A stretch of DNA of 64,000 nt from IMG/VR virus record IMGVR_UViG_3300043427_001127, positions 1-64,000 of that record. One strand, written 5' to 3'. The notes under the pieces are model-generated. The model was not told the origin of the DNA. It did no database searches and saw only the letters and a list, made by a program, of their open reading frames with translations. Shown piece after piece: positions 46,601 through 56,300 of the stretch. Source of the DNA: a virus. A program made the position numbers and the translations under genes. Each line of letters starts with the position of its first letter. Positions within the stretch are counted from its first letter, which is position 1.

Positions 46601-49600
46601 GACCGATTTTGGAGCACAAAACGTTAATACTCACAGCTTCTCACAAACAAGTGGTATTCATGCGTTTGTTCCATACGCAGAATATGCAGCAAGAAACCTC
46701 ATCAACTTCTCGTCAGCACATGGATTTGTTGACAATGATATTGTCACATATTCAAATGGTGGCGGAACATCTATTCAAGGTCTAACTCAGTTCTCTGGCA
46801 TTAACATCAGCGCGATCTCATCTACATCATCTAACTTTACTGTAACCACAAGTGCTTCAACTTGGGCAGTTGGTGAAGGTATTGTAATCTCTGGTGTAAC
46901 TCCATCCGCATATAACGGAAGCTGGACGATTGCCTCAACTAACGGGACTACATCATTTACAGTTACATCAACAGCAAACCCTGGAACTGGTTCGGCATTT
47001 GGAACTGCAACTAAGGGTTACTATGTTGACTTGAGTTCCCCAACTAAGTTTGGTCTCAAAACAACTTCTATTGGCAACCGTTTAGACCTTGAAAGTTTTG
47101 GTACTGGTTCTGCTCATGTCTTCACTAAGACTATTACCAACCCAACTGCCGATACTATCTTCAAGGCAAACCACGGTCTAGTACCTGGCACAGAACTTGT
47201 TTATGATGACGGTGGCAATACCACAATCGGCGGTTTAACTGACCTTCAAACGTATTATGTAAAGGAAGTTATTGGATTAGATAGATTTACTCTATCAGCA
47301 TCTTCAGGTGGAACTAGAATCAACTTATCTTCCACTGGTACTGGAACACAATCATTAAATATTCAGACTGCTGGATCTTTTGACGGCGCTTACACTGTAT
47401 CTAACGTTGTTTCACCAACTCAATATACATTTGGTGTTTCTGCTCAGATTCCAAAGATTCAAAGATCTTTAAATCCAACAACTCAGTTGAACACAACCAC
47501 TGATGTATTTACTATTACCAACCACCGTTTTGCAACTGGTACTGCTATTGAGTATAGCAATAATGGAAATACATCCATCGGAAACTTAACAAATAATGAT
47601 ACTTATTATATCATTAGACTTGATAAAGATACATTCAAGTTAGCAGATACTTACGAGAATGCTCTTGCTGGTTCAGCAAGAGACATTACTGGTGTTGGTA
47701 CTGGAACTTCACATGTCTTCACCTCATTTAGTGTTGTAGGTGAAGTTGCTGGTGCTGGTACTGTAGATATTAGTAGTGGTCTGGCAACTGTTACTGGAAC
47801 AAATACCACATTCCTATCAACATTCCGTGTTGGTGATACTATCATCATCAATCTAGGAACAGGTTCTGTACTTGCTTCTGAGATTATTGCTATCAAGTCC
47901 AACACATCTCTAACGATTGCAGATGCTGCTGCTTCTACTTTAACTGGATTAACATATCTGATTCCTTCTGGTCTCTATGTGCGTCCTGGTTGCTTCAGCC
48001 TACACAGACCATTTGACGGTGGTGTTGAAATCAACGCTGGATACGGTGCTGACTCACAAATCATTCGTCAGACACGTAGATACTTCCGTTACCAGTCAGG
48101 TAAAGGTTTAGCATGTCAGTTCGCTATTAACTTCAACCCATCTATTGAGATTCAGTCAATCACAGCAAGTGGTAGCGTTGCTACGGTAACTACACTTCTT
48201 CCACACGGTCTGATTGCCAACAAGGCATTCACTGTTGCCGAAGCAGAAGTTAGCTCGGGTGTAAACTACTACAACGGAACTTTCCCAGTTCAGAGTGTTC
48301 CTTCTTTGACCACATTTACTTACGTTATGGATGGAGAACCATCTGACACTTCGGCAAACGGATTCCCCAAACTACAAGTTAGAAACTGGAATGGTTCTGC
48401 TATTCGTTGTGGTATGTTTGACACCCAGAATGGTATGTTCTGGGAGTATGATGGCACAACTCTATATGCAGTAAGAAGAAATAGCACTCAGCAGATTGCT
48501 GGTACTATCAATGCCACCAAAAACAGTCCAGTTATTTCAGGTCAAGGTACTCGTTTCCTTGAGCAGTTATCTCCTGGTGACTACGTTGTAATCAGAGGTC
48601 AATCATATAAGATTACCAATATTGCTTCAAACAGTACAATGTATGTTTCCCCTTCTTATAAGGGAGTTACAACAACTCGTGCGATTATCACAAAAACTAT
48701 TGACGTTAAAGTTCCTCAGAATCAGTTTAGCATTGATCCTTGCGATGGCACTGGTCCAACAGGATATCTTTTAGACATCGGTAGGATTCAGATGGCCTAC
48801 ATTGACTACTCATGGTATGGTGCAGGTAAGATTCGTTTCGGATTCAAGGATCAGAACGGTCATGTTAAGTACATGCACGAGTTCAAGCACAACAACAAAG
48901 AGTATGAAGCGTACCTACGTTCAGGTAACATGCCAGCTCGTTATGAGGTTATTAACACTGGTGTTCCCGCTTTCGCTCCTTCTCTAGCACACTGGGGTAC
49001 TACCATTCAAATGGATGGTAAGTATGACGATGATGGTTCATACCTCTTTACTGGTTCTTCATCACTACTATCGTTCTCTGGTAGTTCAACAACTACAACT
49101 GGTACTGCTGGAAACTATACTTATGTAAACACTGATGGTTCTACTACATCCATCCCAACAACTTCAACTAGCACATCTACCATCCCCACAACCAGTGTTG
49201 ACCTTGTTAACAACAGGATCACTTTAGCAAATGCTTCGTCATTATTCTCCAACGGTTCTATTATTCAATACCAAAACGGTGGTGGTGCAAATATTGGCGG
49301 ATTAACTTCTGGTTCTTATTATTTTGTAAGGAACGTAACGTCAACCAACTTCCAGCTCTCATTAACATCAACTGGTTCTATTATTGACTTGAATACAACA
49401 CAAGGAAACAACGCTCAGTTCTTCCGCTACAACTTCCGTTATAACGTAACTCTGACATCTGTTCCTGGTTATGGAAGCAGAATCATTCACCGATTCAGAA
49501 CTGATGCTTCTGGTTTCGCTGCGATTGGTTCGGTTTCATTCGGTACTCAAATCAGTTCAACCGCTATTGCGGCAGTAACTGCTTTAGCTGGCGGGCAAGC

Positions 49601-50273
49601 AAGGATTTTCCGTGTTCTCAACACTGGTGGTGGTAGTGCTGATATTGACTTCTTCTTCACTGCTACAGCAGCTGCACAGAATACCAACCCACCAGGAACA
49701 ACTGGTTTCATCGCTGCTTCTACATCATCGGCACTAGCGCATACAGTTGGTACGGATACTCCGATTCCTTCATTGATTCCGATGATTTCTGTTCGTCTTG
49801 CTCCTTCTGTTGATAGTGGTCTCATTGGTAACGTTGGTGTGAGAGATATCATCAACCGAATGCAACTTGCTCTACAAACAGTTGGTACACTCACAACCCA
49901 CGATATTGAGATTCGCCTCATTCTAAATGGCGCATTGAGTCAATACAACTGGCAGAATGTAGGAAGACCTTCATTGTGTCAATATATTTCACACCAAAAC
50001 GATGATACTGTGGTTGGTGGTACGACCGTGTTTACCTTCCGTGCTTCTGGTGGTTCTACTGAGGCAAGTGGTAAGAAACTATCTAACGTGTTTAACCAAG
50101 ATATTGATAACCTACTATCGCTAGGTAACTCAGTCCTCGGCGGTGATGGTGTATTCCCTGACGGACCAGACGTTCTAACGGTTGCCGTTGCTCCTCTGAA
50201 CGTCTCTGGTATTACGGTTAACTCACCACTATCCCTATCGTCAAGAATCACTTGGTCTGAATCACAGGCATAA
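43689..50273 (+). CDS. Large modular virion structural protein (2194 aa)
   Basis: [29 protein letters not shown] and IDYSWYGAG core motifs plus many HG..G....Y...GLT..YYV beta modules. Confidence 0.8.
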   Translation: MAKRLVFKSTFSPSTNEVTIEGNIRRRRLLLITNVSKNIIIYNFAEPTLGATTFSFDPVEEETTITLVKDCSAMDEDDTLQIFYEEDAVAFEPDEAYTDPVSKFRISEAQTLIDTDFEYGLQSTKWETIEMLNNIPSFFSRSGDTPLVVTEVAVTNDNDTIIVTAPSHGLSVGTPLDVRGLSVTTLEGSYIIKNVLDTDRFTFVAREKATFTGSVFGSYTTITPGQFYQGSQVPYKSIFTDAVNPSTITIETPYPSGFVNGAAFYLTNTIALSNISFDATLVDITDTLTTTATVNPTGTQSIGTLDSYNVTIWDKQGLSGVSNTKAFTSDAVDATTNNITLTAHGFSDNQAVVIFPASGATMPGGVTGGRAYVLRTIDANTFYLTRYWSSTTKVDITSQGSGQFAIVRAHGVRSINYSNDQIKFFDNPGWASSQRFVYYRGDQSPALIQQSSAGTTGPADAVGTIADWYTADSANLTSTYFVTGGASADWTINSTSTGAYNVTEGPLLAINSLRKEFGSFSGTGSISGTTLTISSVTDGRLAIGSVLFGGTPAITASTRITAFGTGTGGIGTYTVNNSQTTSGTITGNLQYEPDSLGVTILNATSRKGTQHGGSNSGIALVTPNMISGNFINFGSGTSVFTDGTGVAVIPLPGTTLPTGLVAGRAYAIRTTGVASATPAAPALTLVQNGTTAQTLSGFSGPGFLLVAGMVINSVASGSATITMQGTDVNNNNAGRGFLINGNLDQKFVYYRGPSLNVLSSTGNVFQGAEANTAQWYNSAVSSTFIGSVSTTNASATITVSGSPTAITGTLEIGSAISGPGIPNGAFILAFGTGTGGAGTYTMSAAATSTTSGVITAVNTTLGTTYFSRSYPAATTMTLATTRGGTAFTFSAAYTFAAGGQIHLLVPYRSLETASTIFHANHGYSDNDVVRYDANGNTAIPGLTTNTDYFVRRYDANRYGLSLASNGVRINLTDFGAQNVNTHSFSQTSGIHAFVPYAEYAARNLINFSSAHGFVDNDIVTYSNGGGTSIQGLTQFSGINISAISSTSSNFTVTTSASTWAVGEGIVISGVTPSAYNGSWTIASTNGTTSFTVTSTANPGTGSAFGTATKGYYVDLSSPTKFGLKTTSIGNRLDLESFGTGSAHVFTKTITNPTADTIFKANHGLVPGTELVYDDGGNTTIGGLTDLQTYYVKEVIGLDRFTLSASSGGTRINLSSTGTGTQSLNIQTAGSFDGAYTVSNVVSPTQYTFGVSAQIPKIQRSLNPTTQLNTTTDVFTITNHRFATGTAIEYSNNGNTSIGNLTNNDTYYIIRLDKDTFKLADTYENALAGSARDITGVGTGTSHVFTSFSVVGEVAGAGTVDISSGLATVTGTNTTFLSTFRVGDTIIINLGTGSVLASEIIAIKSNTSLTIADAAASTLTGLTYLIPSGLYVRPGCFSLHRPFDGGVEINAGYGADSQIIRQTRRYFRYQSGKGLACQFAINFNPSIEIQSITASGSVATVTTLLPHGLIANKAFTVAEAEVSSGVNYYNGTFPVQSVPSLTTFTYVMDGEPSDTSANGFPKLQVRNWNGSAIRCGMFDTQNGMFWEYDGTTLYAVRRNSTQQIAGTINATKNSPVISGQGTRFLEQLSPGDYVVIRGQSYKITNIASNSTMYVSPSYKGVTTTRAIITKTIDVKVPQNQFSIDPCDGTGPTGYLLDIGRIQMAYIDYSWYGAGKIRFGFKDQNGHVKYMHEFKHNNKEYEAYLRSGNMPARYEVINTGVPAFAPSLAHWGTTIQMDGKYDDDGSYLFTGSSSLLSFSGSSTTTTGTAGNYTYVNTDGSTTSIPTTSTSTSTIPTTSVDLVNNRITLANASSLFSNGSIIQYQNGGGANIGGLTSGSYYFVRNVTSTNFQLSLTSTGSIIDLNTTQGNNAQFFRYNFRYNVTLTSVPGYGSRIIHRFRTDASGFAAIGSVSFGTQISSTAIAAVTALAGGQARIFRVLNTGGGSADIDFFFTATAAAQNTNPPGTTGFIAASTSSALAHTVGTDTPIPSLIPMISVRLAPSVDSGLIGNVGVRDIINRMQLALQTVGTLTTHDIEIRLILNGALSQYNWQNVGRPSLCQYISHQNDDTVVGGTTVFTFRASGGSTEASGKKLSNVFNQDIDNLLSLGNSVLGGDGVFPDGPDVLTVAVAPLNVSGITVNSPLSLSSRITWSESQA

Positions 50274-50274
50274 T

Positions 50275-50282
50275 CATAAATA
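50275..50282 (+). promoter_or_regulatory. Late promoter variant CATAAATA
   Basis: Intergenic, before ORF 50306. Confidence 0.6.
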
Positions 50283-50305
50283 TCTAATAAAGGTAACACA
50301 GAAAA

Positions 50306-51928
50306 ATGACGAAAGAAGTTCAGTTTAGAAGGGGGACTACAACTCAGCATAGCACCTTTACGGGTGCTCTTGCTGAGGTAACTGTTGATACTGATAAAAA
50401 GGTTGTCGTAGTACACGATGGCGTGACTGCTGGTGGGCAGGAAATGGTTGGTAGAACCGCTACACAAACCCTAACAAATAAAACACTCACCTCACCCGCC
50501 ATCAATGGTGGAACAATCAATAATGCTTCTGTTGGAGCTACCACCAGAAGCAGCGGTGCTTTCACCACCCTAGATGCAAATGGCAACGTTATCCTCGGAA
50601 GCGATTCTTCGGATACTGTTACTATTAACGGCATTGTAAATAGTAACCTCGTTCTCGGAACTGGAGTTCAGATTCAGGGACCAGGAACACTTGTTATTGA
50701 TCCAGCTACAGTTGGAGATGACACTGGTACAGTTCAAATCAAAGGTAACCTAGAAGTTCTCGGAACTACTACTACCATTGACTCAACTACAGTAACATTC
50801 AATGATCCTTTGATTGTTTTGGGTGATGGTCAGACAACTTCCGCTACTGTTGATACTGGCGGTTTTACTTTAGGAACTACTGGTATTAGTATTCAATATA
50901 ATCATGCTAACAGTAGATTTAACTGTACCGAAGATTTTCATCTTGCTAATGGAAAGGCTTATGAAATCAATGGCACTGTAGTTCTTTCTTCATCTGCAGT
51001 TTTAGGCAAAACAATCGGCGGTACGAACACAGGTGATATTGTTTCTATTGATGGCACTCAAACACTGTCTGGCAAAACCTTAACTGCACCTAGATTTGTT
51101 GATACTGGATTCATTGCAGATAGTAATGGCAATGAACTTTTAGAGTTTGGTGTAACTGCCAATGCTGTTAATGAAGTTAAGATTACCAACGCTGCAACTG
51201 GAACTACTGGTCCACTGATTCAATCTTTTGGAGAAACTAACGTTGATTTGAGATTGTCTGGTAATGGAACAGGTGATATTGTTATCGTCAATGATAGTGC
51301 TTTAAAACCACTGGCAGGTACAACATCTAAAGCTCCAATCCAGTTTACTGTAGGTTCTTTGTTGACAACCGCAACAGCGGGTGCGTTTGAGTATGACGGC
51401 ACACAGTTTTATTTGACGAATGCAGATACTGCTAACGGCAAAAAGTATGTAGAGACATTAAATAGATATCAAGTAACAGCAAACAATACTGCTATTACTG
51501 GTACTGCTATTATTGATGCATTCCCTGCAACAAGTAGTTTTCCTTTCCTTGCTGGTGCATACTATGAGATTGAATATCACATGTATTGGATTCGCACCAC
51601 TACTGCTGGTACACATACATACACATTAGTCAGCACACAAAACTGGCAATATGCTGCATTAAGTTCTCAAGGTTTACAAAACGCTGGTGTGGTTGGTCAA
51701 CATGTCAGTTCTTCCAACGCAGCTTCATTAGCACTTCCAGCATCTGCTTCAATGGCGATTGGTAACCATTACCATGTTGTGAAGTCTTATTTCTTAGCAA
51801 ACGCAACTACTGCTGGAAATATTCGCTTGCGTGTCACTTCTTCTGCTAACGGTATTACACTGCAGAGAGGCAGTTTCTACACTGTAAGAAGATTGCCTGC
51901 TGGAAGTATTGGAACTTTTGTTGCGTGA
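50306..51928 (+). CDS. Tail fibre protein with Mtd_N-like N-terminus (540 aa)
   Basis: VQFRRGTT.QH..FTGA..EVTVDTDK....HDG.TAGG; QTLTNKTL and GNLEVLGTTTTI fibre motifs. Confidence 0.8.
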   Translation: MTKEVQFRRGTTTQHSTFTGALAEVTVDTDKKVVVVHDGVTAGGQEMVGRTATQTLTNKTLTSPAINGGTINNASVGATTRSSGAFTTLDANGNVILGSDSSDTVTINGIVNSNLVLGTGVQIQGPGTLVIDPATVGDDTGTVQIKGNLEVLGTTTTIDSTTVTFNDPLIVLGDGQTTSATVDTGGFTLGTTGISIQYNHANSRFNCTEDFHLANGKAYEINGTVVLSSSAVLGKTIGGTNTGDIVSIDGTQTLSGKTLTAPRFVDTGFIADSNGNELLEFGVTANAVNEVKITNAATGTTGPLIQSFGETNVDLRLSGNGTGDIVIVNDSALKPLAGTTSKAPIQFTVGSLLTTATAGAFEYDGTQFYLTNADTANGKKYVETLNRYQVTANNTAITGTAIIDAFPATSSFPFLAGAYYEIEYHMYWIRTTTAGTHTYTLVSTQNWQYAALSSQGLQNAGVVGQHVSSSNAASLALPASASMAIGNHYHVVKSYFLANATTAGNIRLRVTSSANGITLQRGSFYTVRRLPAGSIGTFVA

Positions 51929-51947
51929 TATTTTTCACATATTTTTC

Positions 51948-51975
51948 AATCCCTCCTCGCGGAGGGATTTTTTTT
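51948..51975 (+). terminator. Rho-independent terminator abutting late promoter TATAAATA (51975-51982)
   Basis: AATCCCTCC-tcgc-GGAGGGATT followed by a T-run. Confidence 0.9.
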
Positions 51976-52019
51976 ATAAATATCTATGAAACCTTATGTG
52001 GGGGGGAAAGTGAACCTTC

Positions 52020-52709
52020 ATGACGCTAGAAAATAAAAATTTTTCGGTTAAAAATGGTTTATCCATTATCAATACTGAGGTTATCAGTATTGACCGAAAG
52101 CTAAGAAATCTCACATTTGATAGCGCAGATTCTAATACGTTAAAGTTAAGTGGCAATCAACTTGTCGCTACTGCTGGTTCTGCAACCATTACCATACCAA
52201 ACTCTACTGATACTTTAGTAGCAAGAAATACCACGGATACTCTAAAGAATAAAACTTTAGACGATTTTTATGCCATTGGCACAATGATCGTAAACGGTTC
52301 TGGTGGTAACGAGGGACAAATCCTGAAAGCTACTGGCGATGGGATGACGTGGGCAGACACATTTAATGGTCTTCCTAGATATGTTCCATATGATTCTGAT
52401 TTTAATGCAGAATCACAAGGATTATATTTGGTAGATACATCAGATAATACTATAGAAATAACTTTACCAGATACTAGTGCAATTGATCCTTCTACAGGAT
52501 TGCCTGTGGTAGAAGATGGAGAAGGTATTGAGTTTATTGATGCTAAAGGAACTTGGGGTATAAATTTTGTAAGATTGATTCCCGCAAATAGTTCTGCTTC
52601 TTTTATTAACTTAGCAAACATTGAAGATAATGAATATGTTTTTGATTTATCTAACGCTATTGTTAGAGTAGTTTGGGATGGTCAATATTGGAGAGTATTC
52701 CCAAGATAG
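52020..52709 (+). CDS. Short fibre/baseplate-associated protein
   Basis: NFSVKNGL start; TDTLKNKTL; C-terminal YLVDTS...ITLP...G..I.FID..G.W domain. Confidence 0.75.
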   Translation: MTLENKNFSVKNGLSIINTEVISIDRKLRNLTFDSADSNTLKLSGNQLVATAGSATITIPNSTDTLVARNTTDTLKNKTLDDFYAIGTMIVNGSGGNEGQILKATGDGMTWADTFNGLPRYVPYDSDFNAESQGLYLVDTSDNTIEITLPDTSAIDPSTGLPVVEDGEGIEFIDAKGTWGINFVRLIPANSSASFINLANIEDNEYVFDLSNAIVRVVWDGQYWRVFPR

Positions 52710-52720
52710 GAGAAAAATAA

Positions 52721-53380
52721 ATGGCACTATATTTAAGTAGTGATTTATCTGGTTCTGGTAGTAGCAGCGGCGGTGGTGGAAGTGGAGATATTAGTAGTGT
52801 AATAAGAACCACTACTAGTTGGTATTTTCATGCACTTAGAAGAGATTCTGAAGGTATGTTGTATTACAATACACTAAGACCCACAGATGAAGGAACCATT
52901 GATGTTTTCAACGAAGAAAACACACAGTTGTCTGATTTACTTGATGGAGTAGATAATGTTGACGCAAAAGCACCTGTTCTTAGACTGAAACTTATTACAG
53001 GAGGAACTAAGTTAGCGTCAGAAGCAAATGAAACATATGTAGTTAATGGATTAGTATCCAATAAAAAAGGAAAAAATTTATCAGTTTCTATAACAAGAGA
53101 TTCTGATGGGGTTATTAGTGACATTAATGTAACTAATGGTGGCGAAGATTTTGGCGTGGGTGATGAGATTATTGTTTCTTCCACTTTTATAAAAGAAGAA
53201 TCATCTCAATCAGATTTACATTTATATGTTGATGAGTTGGTAAAAACATATTCAAACTCCCCATCTGATAAATATCAACAGTATAGATTTGATGCGAGAA
53301 AAATCTCTTACTATATCGATGATCAAGGTTATTTGGTTGCCAAGTTCGGAAACCATGATTATTCACAATCACCACGTTAA
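52721..53380 (+). CDS. Virion structural protein
   Basis: GGAG RBS; FHALRRD..GMLYY and DKYQQYRFD...YYID..GYLV motifs. Confidence 0.7.
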   Translation: MALYLSSDLSGSGSSSGGGGSGDISSVIRTTTSWYFHALRRDSEGMLYYNTLRPTDEGTIDVFNEENTQLSDLLDGVDNVDAKAPVLRLKLITGGTKLASEANETYVVNGLVSNKKGKNLSVSITRDSDGVISDINVTNGGEDFGVGDEIIVSSTFIKEESSQSDLHLYVDELVKTYSNSPSDKYQQYRFDARKISYYIDDQGYLVAKFGNHDYSQSPR

Positions 53381-53397
53381 TCTCAGGAAGTATAAAA

Positions 53398-56300
53398 ATG
53401 GCTGAATTTAGATTAGGTAGACTAAAGTTCAACTGGACTGGCGAATGGCAACCAAACCGCGCCTATGTTCTGGACGATATTATCTCATTCAGAGGTAATA
53501 CTTACGTTTGTGTGGTTAACCACACTTCTACTGGTTCAGTAGAGCAATGGGAAGATGTTGATCTCAACGCAAGTACACCAAGATGGGAACTATATGTTCC
53601 TGGTATTAGAAATGCTGGTTCTTGGCAACCAAATACTTTCTACGCTAAAAATGATCTTGTGCGTTATGGTGGCAATATTTACATTTGTAAAGACAACCAC
53701 ACTTCACCATCCGACCAAAATCTTTTTTACCTAACAAACTTTGCTGGTAACTGGGATCTTTTTTATAACGGCACAGAAAACAAAGGAACTTGGCAGCAAA
53801 ACACTTGGTATAAAGTCAATGATCTTGTTAAGTATGGAAACAATATTTACCTATGCAATCTAGGTCATACTTCAACGACAGCATTTGATATTACTAAGTT
53901 TACTCTTTACTTAGAATCAGTAAAGTTTGAAGATAGTTGGGATTCGAGTACGGAATATCAACCTGGGGACATCGTTCTTTTTGGTGGTTATTCATATACC
54001 GCAAAAACTATTAATACTGACAAACAACCAAACAACTATGTTAGCACCGATTGGGAAGTAATCAGTATTGGTTTTGATTCAAAAGGTGTTTATAATCCAG
54101 CAACCATTTACGTTCCTGGGGATGTAGTTCGTTTTGGTGGAAACACATTCGTTAAAATGCTTACGAGTGTAGCGGGGATTGCTCCAAATGAATCAGGAGA
54201 TGGTGCGTTAAAATGGAGTTTAATCTCGGAAGGTTTATCTTATAAAGGTGATTGGGATGACCAAACAACATATCAAAAGAACGATGTAATCACCCTAGCT
54301 TCTAGTACTTATGTAAGCATTGCTTACAATAACTTAGGAAGAGATCCTGGAACCAATGATGCAGATGGATTCTGGTCTGTAGTTGCGAGGGGCGATGAAG
54401 AAAGTACAATCACAACAAAAGGTGATCTTCTCTACAGAGCGAATGCTACCAACGCAAGATTGCCCATAGGAGATCCTGGTCAGATTCTCTATGCTACAGA
54501 AAATGGTATTCCTGGGTGGGGTAATGCAAAAACCAGAAAAGTTTATTTTGTAAACTTAGATGGCGTTGATGATTTTTCTGATGGTTATGGCGGTTCTATT
54601 GGAAGAGCTTTTAGAACAGTTAAGTACGCCACTCAGATTGCTGCACAAGAAGGTTGTGACGAACAGAACCCAGCAACGATTTATGTAAAAGCTGGTGTAT
54701 ACGACGAAGAGTGTCCTATTACGGTTCCACCATATTGTTCTGTTGTTGGTGACGACAGTAGAGGAACTATTATCGAGCCAGGTCCAGGTTTAAGTAAGAT
54801 TCAAAGATTAATCATTGATTCAACATGTTTATTAAAGCCAGGAGATACACTGACTGTTGATACATTAGCAGGGGCAACCAGAACTGCAAGAGTTCTTCAC
54901 TTTGCTGATACTGACGCTACCCCCGTGGGCAGCGGAGAATCAAATCGCAAAAAAATGGTTTATGTTGAAACCATTGCTGGTGGTCCTATTATCGATACAG
55001 ATACTTTCTTAAACGGTACTGATTTAGGAACAGCACCTGAAGTAAATATCATTTCTGTTGAAAATCTAAATAACACCAAAGCAACTCTATTCTTCCTTTC
55101 GGAAGGTGTGATGCTCAAGGATCTTGTATTCAACAACCCAGACCCCGATGCTGGTTTTGTTATGCCAGATACAACTGGATTGACAATCGAGGAAGAAATA
55201 ACAAACAAACTTGCTGATATCACACAATGTCAGGTTGGGTTCGTTTTCTGGAGAATCAATCCATTCCTGGTATCACAGAATATTATTAAGAGTCCTTATA
55301 TTTACAGTTGTGCGGCATACTCATTTAAAGGTGTTGGCGCTATTGTAGATGGTTCTGTCAATGAAGGAAAAGATCACCCATCTCACTTTGCTTCTGGTCA
55401 CCAAAGCTTACTATTTGGCAACGTAACACAGTTCCCAGAAATGGGTGTTGCGATTTGGTGTAAGGACAATGGAAACTCAGAAATTGTTTCTTGCTTTACT
55501 TACTACGCTCATATTGGTTATGCTTGCTCTGGTGGTGCTCGTATGCGCTCTCTCGGTGGAAACAACTCTTGGGGTAACTATGGTTGTTCTGCAAGAGGAT
55601 TTGACCCAACCGAGATTCCACTTGAAGCAACTATTCGTGGCACAGAATTAAACTTCTATAATGATGCCACAACAGCAGTTGCGACAGCGACTGTTAATGG
55701 TAACTTAGTACTAGGAACTATTGCTCAATCTGGAAAGATTAATGGAGATTTCCAAGTAGGTTCTATTATTTCTAACGAAGGATCGGCAAATAATACTAGT
55801 ATTACTGGTGTTGTAGGAAATGGAACAACTGCCACTGTTTCATTTGCCACTAAACCATTTAATCCTTATGTAGTTGGTAAGCAAATTACAATCAGTGGTG
55901 TATCCAATAGTGCTTTTAATGGCACATTTACTGTTACTGGTATTGTTGGCACAGATGGTGTTATTACTGGTGTGCAGTTTGCATCCACTACTACTGCTAC
56001 TTTAGGTGCTGGTGGTACTGTTAGACCTGCATTGGGTAAGGCAAGAGTTCTTTATGTTCTCGCTGGAAATGATTATACTAAAGTTCTTATCGAACCAATC
56101 ACAGGATTTATCGGTGACGGTCAAAGATGTGCTCAGATTACAGGATCAGATCCAAACAATCCACCTCCAGTAAATATTCCAGAAGCATCTACTGTTATTG
56201 AAAATAGCGAGTTCCCATCCACATCTCCAAGTGAAAGTGCTGCAAACAGAGCAACAAGAGGTGCTAAGTTTGCTGTTATTAATCTACCAGAAAAACCAAA

